A stretch of 64,000 nucleotides of DNA. It comes from Pristiophorus japonicus. Taxonomy: Eukaryota. The stretch is from assembly GCF_044704955.1 (NCBI RefSeq), contig NC_091980.1, forward strand, positions 25,420,001 to 25,484,000, in the 5' to 3' direction. The translations under genes and the position numbers were made by a program. Each line of letters opens with the position of its first letter. Positions within the stretch are counted from its first letter, which is position 1. The notes beneath the pieces are model-generated. The model searched no databases. It was not told the DNA's origin and saw only the letters and a list, made by a program, of their open reading frames with translations. This document shows, in pieces, positions 34,996 to 47,792 of this stretch.

Positions 34996-35919
34996 GAACG
35001 GTTAACAATTCTTTCAGATGCACTCAAATGGGTTCAAATGGTTTCCTGAAAGGGTGACTAATATATTCGACCATTTAATGAGTAGGCTTCAAGAGGACAC
35101 TGAATTACCTTAAAGAGGTTTACGTGTCACACCAAAGTTCAATATCAATTAAAGTTTGTGGCTACATCAAAAGTGCAGTGATTTATCAACAGGTCATTTT
35201 CAAAATCTTCCTCACTATACAACTTCTATTTGCTCTTGCAAATACATAATTTTAATTTATTTTTCTCATCCAATCTACCAATTTATTAGTCCCTCTCTAT
35301 ACAACATCCTGCTTTGATACTCAGTAAACGTCTCATACTCCTACAAGTAATATTGTTGAACTTCAGAAAGAGATTCCCAGCCATATATCCAATGTTAATT
35401 TTCAGGATTAAAATATATTATTCAGACCTCATTTAGACTGGGAACAGAAAAATCTATTTTCCTTATTATAGATGCATTATCTTGTTTGTTACATTGTTCA
35501 TTTTTGAGTTTAAAGGACAGAATTGGTCCCTAAAATCTGATATTCACTTTATTTAACTTTCTTATTCACCTTCCCAAGTGATTAAAATGAAACTTGACCA
35601 ACAAGACAAGTTTCGCCACCGAACAGTCCATAATAGACCTACATAGATCAGCTTTTAAGATGTGAAACAGGTTCCTGTGTCTGCTTTCACTACCCTTTTA
35701 GAAAAGCATCCATATTTTGGCCAGTTGGTGCTCAAATTGCCCAACTCTATGGCAGCAATTGGGATTTCAAAGGTGATGTGGATCATCTGTCGTGGCAGAA
35801 CTTGACAGATCGCAAGTTTGTGATTTAGCGCAGGCACATTCGAAAATTCAGAACTTGCCGTATATTCTAAAGGTGGTATGACGGCGAAATCCAAGCCAAT
35901 AGGTTGCGAGAAACCCCAA

Positions 35920-37370
35920 ATAGTAGGGATTTTGAGACATGGCTACAGAAAAATCAGCACTGAGAATTAAACATTACAGGGTAGAACATATTTAGCGAGG
36001 GGTAAAAGGGAAGGTGGAGTAGCTGTACTTATTAGAGATAACTTAATGACAGTAGATAACAGTGATGCAGCCACCTGTAAGACAGAAATAGAATCCATGT
36101 GGACAGAGATAAAAGCTAATAAGGTATCAATCGCACTAGATTTAAGATCCTAATTTCGGGCTTAAATTAATCACTCTCAAACATAGTATAAAATTCTATC
36201 ATATTAGGATTACTCTTCTCCAGAGTTCCCTTTACTCCAAGGTTATTAATTAATCCTTTCTCAGTGCACAATACGAGATCTAAACTAATCTGTTCCCTAG
36301 TTGGTACCTCGACATACTGATCTAGAAAACTATCTTGAATACATTCCATGAACTTGTCCTTCACACTATTAACGCAAATTTGGTTTGCTCAGTCTATATG
36401 AAGATTAACGTTCCCCGTGTATAACTGTACTATCCTTGTTGCATGCAACTCTAATTTCCTGATTTATACTCTGTCTGACACTACAATTACTGTTCGGGTG
36501 CAGAGAAACAATTCCACCAAAGTTTCCTGTCCCTTGTTGTTACTTAGCTCCACCCAACCTTGATTTTCTGAGCTAAGATCCTTTCTCTATTCTGTCTTTA
36601 GCCCATCCATTACTATCAGGGCTTACCACCCCACTGCTTTTCCATATTGCCTATCTCTGCTAAAAGTCAAATATCCTAGAATATTTCGTGCCCAACTTTG
36701 ATTGCTCTGCAACCACGACACTGTAATGGCGATAAGATCAAACCCATTTATTTCTATCTGTGCTATTAATTCATCTATTTTGTTGCAAATGTTTCACACA
36801 TTCAGATATAGTGCCTTTAGCTCTAATGTTGTTTCTGTCATCCCTGATGTCACCTTAGTCTTTATTGCTTTATTAAGTTTGTTAAGATCTCTTTCTTGCC
36901 CTGACCCAGTCTGCTTATTTTTACTTAAATCGTTACTCTGCTCTATAATCTTGACATTTCTCTTACTGCCTTTGACTTTACTCTTTCCTGAATCCTCCCA
37001 CTTTCCCCTTCATTAGTTTAAAGCCCTATCTACCGCCCTTGTTATTTGATGCGCCAGAACACTGGTCCCAGCCCAGTTTAAGTGGAGCCTGTCCCAATGG
37101 AACAGCTCCCTCTTTTCCCAGTACTAGTGCTAGTGCCCCATGAATGGAAACTCTTGCCTCTCGCATCACTCTTTCAGCCATGCATTTAAACTTCTAGTCT
37201 GTTTGTCTCTATGCCAATTTGCACGTGCTCTTGTAACAATCCAGAGATGAATTATGAGGTTCTGTGTTTTAATTTTGACCCTAGCTCCTCAAATTCTCCC
37301 AGTAGAACCTCATTCCTAGTTCTACTTATGTTCCTATGTGGACCACGACAACTGGATCCACCCCACCCCA
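35920..37370. mobile_element. CR1 endonuclease/ORF1 fragments in opposite orientations (+ ~35920-36140; - ~36140-37370)
   Basis: Minus ORF MECIQDSFLDQYVEVPTREQISLDLVL. On + a degenerate endonuclease segment (GGVAVLIR). Confidence 0.7.
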
Positions 37371-37459
37371 CTACTCCTTTGGCATCACTTTTTCCGATTT
37401 GGAATTTTTTTTCAGATTCTTGCCTGCGTCATAGAGAGAGACTGCACGTCCTGTGCCTT

Positions 37460-38137
37460 ATCCCAGTTCCTCTCCTCGCTCTCTATCCTAGGTCCTCTCC
37501 TCTCGCTCTCTATCCCAGGTCCTCTCCTCTCGCTCTCTATCCCAGGTCCTCTCCTCTTGCTCTCTATCCCAGGTCCTCTCCTCTCGCTCTCTATCCCAGG
37601 TCCAATCCTCTTGCTCTCTATCCCAGGTCCTCTCCTCTCGCTCTCTATCCCAGGTCCAATCCTCTTGCTCTCTATCCCAGGTCCTCTCCTCTCGCTTGCT
37701 ATCCCAGGTCCAATCCTCTCACTCTCTATCCCAGGTCCAATCCTCTCACTCTCTATCCCAGGTCCAATCCTCTCGCTCTCTATCCCAGGTCCTCTCCTCT
37801 CGCTCTCTATCCCAGATCCTCTCCTCTCACTCTCTATCCCAGGTCCAATCCTCTCACTCTCTATCCCAGGTCCAATCCTCTCGCTCTCTATCCCAGGTCC
37901 TCTCCTCTTGCTCTCTATCCCAGGTCCAACCCTCTCACTCTCTATCCCAGGTCCTCTCTTCTCACTCTCTATCCCAGGTCCAATCCTCTCACTCTCGATC
38001 CCAGGTCCAATCCTCTCGCTCTCTATTCCAGGTCCAATCCTCTCGCTCTCTATCCCAGGCCCTCTCCTCTCGCTCTCTATCCCAAGTCCAATCCTCTCGC
38101 TCTCTATCCCAGGTCCAATCCTCTCGCTCTTTATCCC
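37460..38137. repeat. 27-bp minisatellite (~25 copies), consensus TCC(AAT/TCT)CCTCTCGCTCTCTATCCCAGG
   Basis: Direct inspection. It produces the spurious repetitive ORFs (SNPLALYPR)n and (IGPGIESER)n. Confidence 0.95.
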
Positions 38138-38142
38138 ACTTT

Positions 38143-38805
38143 TCTCTTGCAAAGAGGTTTTTTAAATTATGAAGCTGTTCAATAGGTTAGAAGTAGAGAA
38201 CATGGTTCCACTTGTGGCAGAGTCCAAAACTAAGGCCTTGGTGAGACCACACCCGGAATATTGTGCACAGTTTTGATCTCCTTACCTGAGGAAGAATATA
38301 ATTGCCTTAGAGAGAGTGCAATGAAGGTTCACTAGACAGATTTCTGGGATGAGGGTATTGTTTCATGAGAAGAGATTGAGTAGAATGGGCCTATATTCCC
38401 TAGAGTGTAGAAGAATGAGAGGTGATCTAATTGAAAATATGAAATTCTTAAGGGGCTTAACAGGGTAGATGCTGGGAGGATGTTTCCCCTGGCTGGGAAG
38501 TCTAGAACTAGGGGTTACAGGCTCAGAATATAAAGATTCGGCCATTTACAACTGAGATGAGGAGAAATGTCTTCACTCAGAGTGTGGTGAATCTTTGGAA
38601 TTCTCCACCACAGAGGTCTGTGGATACTATTATTGAGAATATTCAAGACAGAGAGCGATAGATTTTTGGATACTAAGTTAATCAAGGGATATGGGAATAG
38701 GGTGGGATCGTGGAGTTGATTTAGAAGATCAGCCATGATCTTATTGAATGGTGGAGCAGGCTCAAAGGGCCGAATGGCGTATTCCTACTACTATTTCTTA
38801 TGTGC
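38143..38805 (+). mobile_element. CR1 3' end, rearranged
   Basis: LVRPHPEYCAQF, RMRGDLIE, FTQSVVNLWNS, and a tail with gggccgaatggcgtattcctac. Confidence 0.8.
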
Positions 38806-39009
38806 TTATGAAATCACACTGCCAATTGTGTGAGTTGAAGCCTCAGTTAATGAAGTATGTGTGGAAGGTTGCGGACTATGTCTCACTTCCTCTTTTCACT
38901 GATCGTGGCTGTGTTGGGAGTCAGGGTGTTACAACCAACTTCTGTGCCTGCAGATTCAGGAAGGTGAAAATCAGACACAGCTCTGATTGCTGTCCCTTGG
39001 AACGATATT

Positions 39010-39590
39010 CCTTCGTACGATCACCTGCCAGATCTTTTCTATCAGAGCTGTAAAGCTCGATTTTCTCTACTCGTTCCTAATAACTCAAGCCTCTGACACA
39101 AGAAACCAGCCTCGTGACTCTTCGCTGCACTGCTCTCAGTGTCTGAACTTCTGCTTTGTTTCTTGGTGACTGGAGCACTGATCAGTTTCAGACTTCCTCT
39201 AACTTATACTGTTGTGTCTATGTATTTTTGGCTAACCCTAAACCTAAGACTGAACCTAACCCGAAACCTGACCCTAACCCTGACCCTAAACCTAACCCTA
39301 AGCCGAACCCAAACCCGAACCCTATCCAACTGTTGGCCTTATTAATTGTTGCTTTGTTTTTATATGTTGAGGGTTGAGTCCACGAAGACTCTCTTAGCCT
39401 CTTAGCTATTTCAATGCATACGTGTGCCACCCATTTCTCTAACTATCGACAAATCTTTACACTTATCAGCATTAAGTTTCATCTGTCACTGTTCTGCCCA
39501 CTTATGTATTTTGTCCAACTTACTCTTTAATGTCTGAGCTGCCTCCTCCGATCCCACTGCTGATTTTAGTTTGGTATCATCTGCAAATTT
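39010..39590 (-). mobile_element. Old CR1-like RT fragment split by a telomere-like tract
   Basis: Minus strand KFADDTKL...MKLNADKCK...VFVDSTL...ATINKAN, continuing beyond the tract. Confidence 0.6.
39232..39324 (+). repeat. Degenerate interstitial telomere-like (CCCTAA)n tract, ~15 units
   Basis: ctaaccctaaacctaagactgaacctaacccgaaacctgaccctaaccctgaccctaaacctaaccctaagccgaacc. Confidence 0.8.
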
Positions 39591-39942
39591 GACTAATCTG
39601 GAATATTAAATATTAAAGTTGGCTTGGGACTTCAAGATGCATTCGAATTAAGTTGTCCTCTGAGGAGAGATTGAGGTGGCTTGGTCTACATTAGGGTGAC
39701 CATACATCCCCATCTTCCAGGGACATTTCCCAGATGAGGGACTGAATCCCCAGGCAAACAATGTGCCCAGAAGAGTCCCCAGTTCATGAAACTCGTCCAC
39801 AAGCTGCCCAGCAGGTGATTAATAAAGTGGGTGGGGTTGTGCGATGGGGCAGGTTCCGATTAGTGGGAGAAATGTCAAACTCCTGTTTTCATCCAGTAGA
39901 GAGGGAGGACTTACTGAGGGACATTAATTTCTAAGAACATAT

Positions 39943-42900
39943 TGTAAAGTCCTGTCCCCTCAGTACAGATTCACACGAGGCATGTATTGAAGTCAAGGTC
40001 ACTCTGGACCTGCACCTTTATTTCACAGCTCTGGAATGCTGCACTTGCCTGAGACCTCTCCTTATATACCTGTCTCTTGCAAGTGCACCCCTGGTGGTAA
40101 GGTATGCTGGTGGGTACAGGTCATATCTTATTACAGTCATGTATAGCATGTTAGGATACAATTATATATAATAATGTAAGATAGATGACATCACCCTCCC
40201 CTAAGGTCTTATTGTCTTTATAGGTTCAGTCTCTCAGGTGGTCTACGCTCTCGTGTGAGCGTCTGGGTTGTGGTTCAGTTGTTTGCCTTGCTTGCTGTCT
40301 GTTTTTCGTTGGGTGTGGTTGCTGGTATCTCACCTGGGCTGTCGGTTTCGATTGGTGTGATTGTTGTTGACTCGCCTGGGCTGTCTATTGGGATTGCCCT
40401 TTCCTCAGGTTGTTCCCTCTGTCTGTCCACCAGGTGTAGTGCGAGTTCCACATTGTAGTCTGCCTCTGGTTCCACAGTGTTGTTGGTAAATCTGCTTTTG
40501 ACTTGGTCTACACGCCTCCAGCAGGTTTTGCCATTGTCCATTTGTACTACCAGAAGCCTGTTTCCTTCCTTGCCCGTTACTGTCCCTGCAAGCCATTTGG
40601 GACCCTGCCATAGTTTAGTACAAACAGTTTGTCCCCTATCTCATTCCATCTCCCCCTCGAATTTCTGTCATGGTACTCAGTCAGCTTACGACGCTTTGCT
40701 CAACGATTTCATGCATGGCTGGGAGGATTAATGAGAGCCTTGTTTTTAAAGTCCTTTTCATCAACAGTTGCGCGGGAGGGATCCCAGTCAGTGAGTGCGG
40801 ACGAGATCTGTATGCCAGCAGCAGTCACGACAGGTGACCCTGCAGCGTGGGACCTTGGATTTTAAGCATGCCTTGTTTAATGATTTGCACTGCTCTCTCT
40901 GCCTGGCCGTTGGAGGCCGGCTTGAACGGTGCCGTCTTGATGTGATTTATGCCATGGTCAATTATAAAGTCTTGGAATTCTGCGCTGGTTAAGCATGGAC
41001 CATTGTCACTGACGAATATGTCAGGGATCCCGAGCGTTGCAAACATGGTTGCGAGGCTCCCCACAGTGGTGGAGGTTGTGCTCGAGTTTAAAATGGTGCA
41101 TTCGATCCACTTTGAAAATGCATCTACAACTACGAGGAACATTTTGCCCATGAATGGGCCCGCATAGTCTATGTGCACCCGCGACCAGGGTTTGGTAGAC
41201 CAGGGCCAGGGGCTCAGTGGAGCCTCCCTGGGGGCATTGCTGAGTTGGGCACAAATGGTGCACCTTCGGACGCAGAGCTCCAAGTCCACGTCAATACCAG
41301 GCCACCAGACGTGGGATCTGACTATGGCCTTCATGAGAACGATCCCCGGATGCTCACGGTGGAGCTCCCTGACAAATGCCTCTCTGCCTCGTGGAGGCAT
41401 GACGACTCAGCTGCCCCACATCAGGCAGTCTGCTTGTCGTGATATCTCATGCATGTGCCTGTGAAAGGGTTTTAATTCCTCGGGGCAGACATCGCGAGCC
41501 TCTGCCCAGTCACCGGTTAGGACACATCTTTTTACTAATGATAACGTGGGGTTGGTGGCCGTCCAGGCTCTGATTTGGCAAGCTGTCATGGGCGAACATA
41601 TGGACTCAAAGGCATTGATTGCCATGACTATCTCACAGTCCTGTTCGTCAGACCCTTCCATGGTAGCCTGCTGAGTGCATCGGCACAGTTGTCTGTGCCT
41701 GGTCTGTGCCTTATGATGGAGTCGTAGGACGCCAGCATGAGTGCCCACCGTTGAATTCGTGCCGAGGTGTTGCCGTTTATTGCCTTGCTCTCGGATAGGA
41801 GGGACGTGAGGGGCTTGTGGTCGGTTTCTAATGCGAACTTGGCCCCGAAAAGTTATTGGTGCATCTTTTTGACACCGTACACGCATGCAAGCGCCTCCTT
41901 CTCTACCATTCCGTACCCGCGCTCCGCCCACGAAAGTGACCTGGAGGCATAAGCTATGGGTTGTAATTTGCCCGCACTATTGACATGTTTCAAAACGCAC
42001 CTGACCCCAGACGCTGACGCATCGCATGTGAGAACTAGCTTTTTACCTGGGTCAAAGAAAGTCAAAACACAGAAGGTTGCGTGTCCCCCCAAACCAATTG
42101 CACCCCTTCCTGAGTAGCACGTGGAGAGGCTCCAGCAGCTTAATTTCTGCATAAAGTTCCCAAAGTAATTGAGTAGCCCAAGAAAGGCGCGCAGTTCTGA
42201 GACATTCCGAAGCCTGGGTGCCAGGCGAATTGCTTCTGTTTTGGATTCTGTTGGGCGGATTCCATCAGCAGCAATCCTCCTGCCCAAAAATTCAACCTCG
42301 GGTGCGAGAAACAGGCAATTGGATTTCTTGACTCGTAGGCCAACCCGATCCAACCGCTTTCGTACTTCCTCCAAATTACGGAGATGGGAGTCGGTGCCCC
42401 TGCCCGTGATAAGTATGTCGTCTTGAAATACAAACGTCTCCGGGATTGACTTGAGCAGACTCTCCATGTTGCGCTGGAATATGGCAGCTGCCGACCTGAT
42501 GCCAAATGGGCATCGATTGTACATGAAAAGGCCTCGATGTGTGTTGATGGTGGTGAGTAGCTTAGATTCCTCGGTCAATTCTTGCGTCATATACACAGAT
42601 GTGAGGTCTAATTTTGAGAAAAGTTTACCTCCAGCCAATGTGGCAAATAAGTCCTCCGCTCTGGGCAGCAGGTTCTGGTCCTGTAGGGAGACTCTGTTTA
42701 TGGTAGATTTGTAGTCCCCACAGATTCGTACGGATCCATCAGGCTTCATAACTGGACGATGGGACTTGCCCAGTCGCTAAATTCCACCTAATGCCTTCCC
42801 GCAGAAGCCTGTCTAGTTCGTGTTCAATCTTTTCCCTCATCACATAGGGTACAGCTCTGGCCTTGTGATGGACCGGTTTAGCATCCTTTGTGATTTAGAT

Positions 42901-43050
42901 TTTGACTTTGGCCCCTTTGAAAGTGCCCACAGCTGGCTGAAAGAGATGTTCAAATCGCTTTATAACTGTTGAGCAGGAGGTCCGTTCCTCTAATGACATG
43001 GCATGGGCATCATCCCATTTCCAGTTTAGTTTTGCCAGCCAGCTTCTCCC
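39943..43050 (-). mobile_element. Gypsy LTR retrotransposon 3' part (RT-RH-IN, PPT, 3' LTR 39943-40190)
   Basis: RICGDYKSTIN...FQDDIL RT; PIAYASRSL; VHIDYAGP/SDNGP/PASNGQAER integrase; polypurine tract GGGGAGGG just before the TG...CA LTR. Confidence 0.92.
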
Positions 43051-43390
43051 CGCCTTCCTGATTACCTGCTGCACCTGCAAACTAACATTTTGGGATTCAT
43101 GCACAAGGACCCCCAGGTCCCTCTGCACCTCAGCATGTTGTAATTTCTCCCCATTCAAATAATATTCCCTTTTACTGTTTTTTTTCCCAAGGTGAATGAC
43201 CTCACACTTTCCGACATTGTATTCCACCTGCCAAACCTTAGCCCATTTGCTTAACCTATCCAAATCTCTTTGCAGCTTCTCTGTGTCCTCTACACAACCC
43301 GCTTTCCCACTAATCTTTGTGTCATCTGCAAATTTTGTTACACTACACTCTGTCCCCTCTTCTAGGTCATCTATCTATATTGTAAACAGG
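43050..43390 (-). mobile_element. CR1 RT fragment
   Basis: KFADDTK...WQVEYNVGKCEVIH...QRDLGVLVH. Confidence 0.8.
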
Positions 43391-45300
43391 CTAACAAAGC
43401 TCTTGTGGGGGCTGTGGAGAGGAGATGGCAAGAATTACACCGGAGGGATGGATCTAGACTCCTAACCATCCATTTTTCATAGAATATTAAGGGAAATTGC
43501 TGAGGTCTCTGCTTCAGACACAGTGGCCAGGAGTGGGAATCAGTTCAATGATTTTTCGAGGGTCATTTGAGTGAGTACAATTTTTATTGATGCACTCCTT
43601 CATTACTTCAATTATAAATCTGACACACTATTATTTGTTGTGCTGTTGCTGTCTCTCAGCACTCTGTGGGTTGCCTCCTAAACTGCATGACACATAGGTT
43701 GGCTTAGTTTGGCATCCTATTTGCCAGGAATGATCATTACACATTATTAAGATTGCTTTTTGAAATCTCACAAGATGTTTCTGCACTTCGATGTCTTCCT
43801 CATGAACCATGTGCAACTTCCAAAGCCATTAAACAGAGGACTGTATTAAATTCAGACAGTATGGTTATCTGTGTGTGCCACAAGAGCAGATGGATCTTCT
43901 TGTAACCATTCCCATTTTCATCTTTGCCGGCAAAGAAGTCCCATAACCGCCGCAAACAGGTGTGGACAGGTGGCGTCCACCTCAGACCCTGCCACTCACC
44001 GACCTAAAGGAGCAAGTGACAGGCCTCATTGGCATCACAGGTCAGGCAACTGCCACTGGGGATGCTGATCCCGCTTGGATTCTGAGGGTAAGTCCTGTAT
44101 ACTGCATGGGCTGGGTTGGGGCAATGTGATGCAGTATCTGTGGACTAGATATAATGGAGTAACAGCGCTCCTTCAAATGTGCCTGTGCTATGCAACCTTC
44201 CTCATGTCACCCTGTCCCCTCCCCTGCTGCTAACCACTCGTTAGTTGCTTTCTACTTCCAGATGACCAATCACAGGTGCCGCATCACTTGGATCAACCCT
44301 CCACGTCAAGCCATCATTTGGAGGAGGAGGAGGAAGAAGGAGAGGAGTTCACAGATCAGCCGACTCTGGACGGGCAGATGCACTCTGCACCTCTTTTTCT
44401 ACCGGCAAACACCTCGTCCGAGGAGGATGTAACTTTCTCGGACTTTGAGACCTTCGAGGCTCCTGGGACTAGTGGCGTGCAGCAACGCAGTTCTGGGATC
44501 GAATCCCGTATGCCATCTCTTTGGAGGGTGAGTCGGCAAAGTCAGTCTGCTGGCAGACAGGCAGTCACAGAACGAGAGATGGTGGGACTGTCCAGGGAGA
44601 GCATCCAGCTCACCCATCAGCTCCTTGATGTCCTGGGTAGGATTCCTACGGCCTTCGAGAATCTCACTGTGACCATAACAGAGGTCGGCTGGGTTGGGGC
44701 AATGTGATGCAGTATCTGTGGACTAGGCAATGACTAGGCTGATGGCCTCCACCAGTGACACTGGGGTCCCTGAGAGTGCGGCGAGAAGCCTTTCCGAATA
44801 TGGTACATCACAGGCACAAGCTCTGCTTCAGCTTGGGCAGTTGATGCAGTCCATAACACATTCCACCATACCCTCTGCGTTTCCCAGTGTGACACCCAGA
44901 CCCACACCACCTGTGACTGTCGATGCAGATGAAGAGGCTTGCCAGTTAGAAGCCGGGCCTTCCACATCACGAGCTGGTCCAGTGTCTCCCCAGGTGGCAC
45001 CTCCAATGTCTCTCCCCCCAACTCAGCAGTGCTCTGGCACCTTTACTGCACGCCATCGTGCTGCCACTTTGGGTACAAGGAACAGAAGGTGAGGGAGGGG
45101 GATCAGGGTAAAGGGGGAGAAAAGCCGGTGGTAAAAGACAGTGGGGCTGGGGTTGCTGCGTTATGTTCTGCATTCTGTTGGTTATAATGCTGGTGTTGTT
45201 GTTGTTGTTGTTTAATCACACTGCTGGATGCAGATAATTTATGTCATTTTATTCAAGTTTCAACGTTAACAAATTATGTTAACAAAATTATAAAAGTTTA
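43390..45300 (+). mobile_element. Harbinger Myb/SANT gene remnant (spliced, degenerate)
   Basis: Myb-like exon ending NQFNDFSRVI followed by GTGAGT; a short second exon ending GAGG|GTAAGT; an acidic (EEEEEE) third exon. Organisation resembles 9646-14010. Confidence 0.55.
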
Positions 45301-45309
45301 CAATGTGTG

Positions 45310-46477
45310 AGTCCATTATTAAAGAAGCAGTAGCAGGACATTTGGAAAAGTAAAATTTGGTCAGGCAGAGTCAGCTTGGCTTTATGAAGCGGAAGTCATG
45401 TTTGACAAATTTGCTGGAATTCTTTGAGGATGTAACGAACAGAGTGGAACCAGTGGATGTGGTGTATTCGAACTTCCAGAAAGCATTTCACAAGGTACCA
45501 CATAAAAGATTACTGCACAAGATAAAAGTTCACGGGGTTGGGGGTAATAAATTAGCATGGATAGAGGATTGGTTAACTGACAAAAAACAGAGAATCGGGA
45601 TAAATGGTTCATTCTCTGGTTGGCCACCAGTAACTAGTGGGGTTTATGATATTATACAATCTATATTAATGACTTGGAAGAAGGGACTGAGTGTAACGTA
45701 GCCAAGTTTGCTGACGATACAAAGATGGGAGGAAAAGCAATGGGTGAGGAGGACACAAAACTTTGCAAAAGGACATAGACAGGCTGAGTGAGTAGGCAAA
45801 AATTTGGCAGATGGAGTATTATGTTGGAAAGTGCGAGGTCATGCACTTTGGCAGAAAAAGCTCAATCAGCAAGTTATTATTTAAATGGGGAAAGATTGCA
45901 AAGTGCTGCAGTGCAGCGGGACCTGGGGGTACTTGTGCATGAAACACTAAAGGATATTATGCAGGTACAACAAGTGATCAGGAAGGCCAATGGAATCTTG
46001 GCCTTTATTGCAAAGGGGATGGAGTATAAAATCAGGGAAATTTTGCTACAGTTATACAGGGTATTGGTGAGGCCACACCTGGAATACTGCGTGCTGTTTT
46101 GGTTTCCATATTTACAAAAGGATATACTTGCTTTGGAGGCAGTTCAGAGAAGGTGCACTAGGTTGATTCTGGAGATGAGGGGGTTGACTTATGAGGAAAG
46201 GTTGAGTAGGTTGGGCCTCTACTCATTGTAATTCAGAAGAATGAGAGGTGATCTTATCGAAACGTATAAGATTATGAGGGGGCTTGACAAGTTGGATGTA
46301 GAGAGGATGTTTCCACTGATGGGGGAGACTAGAACTAGAGGGCATGATCTTAAAATAAAGGACCGCCCATTTAAAACAGAGATGAGGAGAAATTTCTTCT
46401 CTCAGAGAGTTGTGAATCTGTGGAATTCGCTGTCTCAGAGAGCTGTGGAAGCTGGGACATTGAATAAATTTAAGACA
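45310..46477 (+). mobile_element. CR1 LINE RT fragment
   Basis: KSCLTNLLEFFE, FQKAFHKVPH, LVRPHLEYC, FFSQRVVNLWNSL. Confidence 0.9.
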
Positions 46478-47792
46478 TGGAAATGGCCTCCCAGGGTGTG
46501 GCAAAGGCTATATATTGATTTTGCTGAGTTAGATGGACAACAATTGTTCATTGTAATGATAGCCATTCAAAGTGGATTGAGGTGTTTCCAATGTGGAAAA
46601 TAACAACAAGTAAAACATTGGACATTTTACAAAAATTATTTTCTGCATTTGGCCTCCCTGAAGAAATTGTTTCTGATAATGGACCACAATTTTGTTCAGA
46701 AGAATTTGCACAATTCACGAGCAAAAATGGTGTGAAACATACCAAGGTTCCACCATACCACCCTGCTTCGAATGGTGCAGCAGAGCGCACTGTACAAATT
46801 GTCAAACGTGCCCTCATAAAACAAATGTTAGATCCAAATCCAAGGAAACAACCTTTGTCATTGGATCACAAATTGGCTAATCTTTTGATTGCATATCGAA
46901 ATACTCCTCATACAATTACTGGTAGAACACCAGCAGAGTTGTTTCTCAAACAACAGCCAGGAACCAGATTCTCATTGTTAAAGCCAAATTTGGCACAGTC
47001 TGTAGAAGAGACACAATTAAGACAAAAAGAGAATCACGATAAAGGGAGAGTAAAAGAGAGAAGAGTGAAATTAAACCAGAAGGTGAGAGTGAAGAACCAT
47101 CACCATAAATGGTTAAAGTGGTTACCCAGAAGAGTGGTGAGGATATGTGGTCCTCGTACATATTTGGTAAAGATGTTTGATAATGGACAGGTTAGGTTTG
47201 TCCATATTGATCATATTTTACCTACAGACATGGAAGAAGTTGAAGGTGGGAATGATTCAATTAATTCTGACTTTTCAGATAGTTTTGATATATCAATAGC
47301 AAATCCTAAATCCAATTTACTGGAAACAAATCCAGGAGAGAATCAGATTGAAAGTCTGAGTCCGAGTCAGGAAAACAAAGAGCCTGAAGTTAGAGTGAGT
47401 GCAAATGAAAATCAAGGAAATTCCATGGAGGAAAATGTTCCTCAGGATGAGCCTCAAATGAGTGTGAAATCAACACCATGTTTGGAAGGTTCTGTTCAGG
47501 AGTGAAGGTATCCTCTTCGAAACAGAAAACAAGTGGAAAAGTTAAATTTGTAAATATGTATAAAAATGAAAGTTATTTATGATGTTTGTTATGATGGCTT
47601 TTTCATTAAGAAGGGAGAGGTGTAATGTCTGTAAGCTTGTAATGCTTGTAGCTCCACACTGTGGATGTGGACATATTGTGCACTGAAGCTACATAGTTAA
47701 TCATTAAACAACAGGCAGCTTTCCGGAGAGTTCCGAGAGAGCAGCCTGCATGTTAGGAAGCTGTGTGTGCTGTGCTCTGAGAAGATATCACA
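46478..47792 (+). mobile_element. Gypsy integrase, PPT and 3' LTR (47621-47792)
   Basis: ORF 46582-47505 FGLPEEIVSDNGPQF...PYHPASNGAAER. PPT aagaagggagagg directly precedes TGTAATG...GAAGATATCACA. Confidence 0.9.

Noticed and set aside
37460-38137. CRISPR-like regular repeats
   Set aside because: No unique spacers and no cas genes; the DNA is eukaryotic.
37211-38185. Long ORFs (324, 275, 246 and 158 aa) with 9-aa repeats
   Set aside because: They are by-products of the 27-bp minisatellite, open in several frames with no splice or gene context.
39692-39930. hAT-like end TAGGGTGACCA
   Set aside because: Only one terminus is visible, with no matching TIR or TSD.
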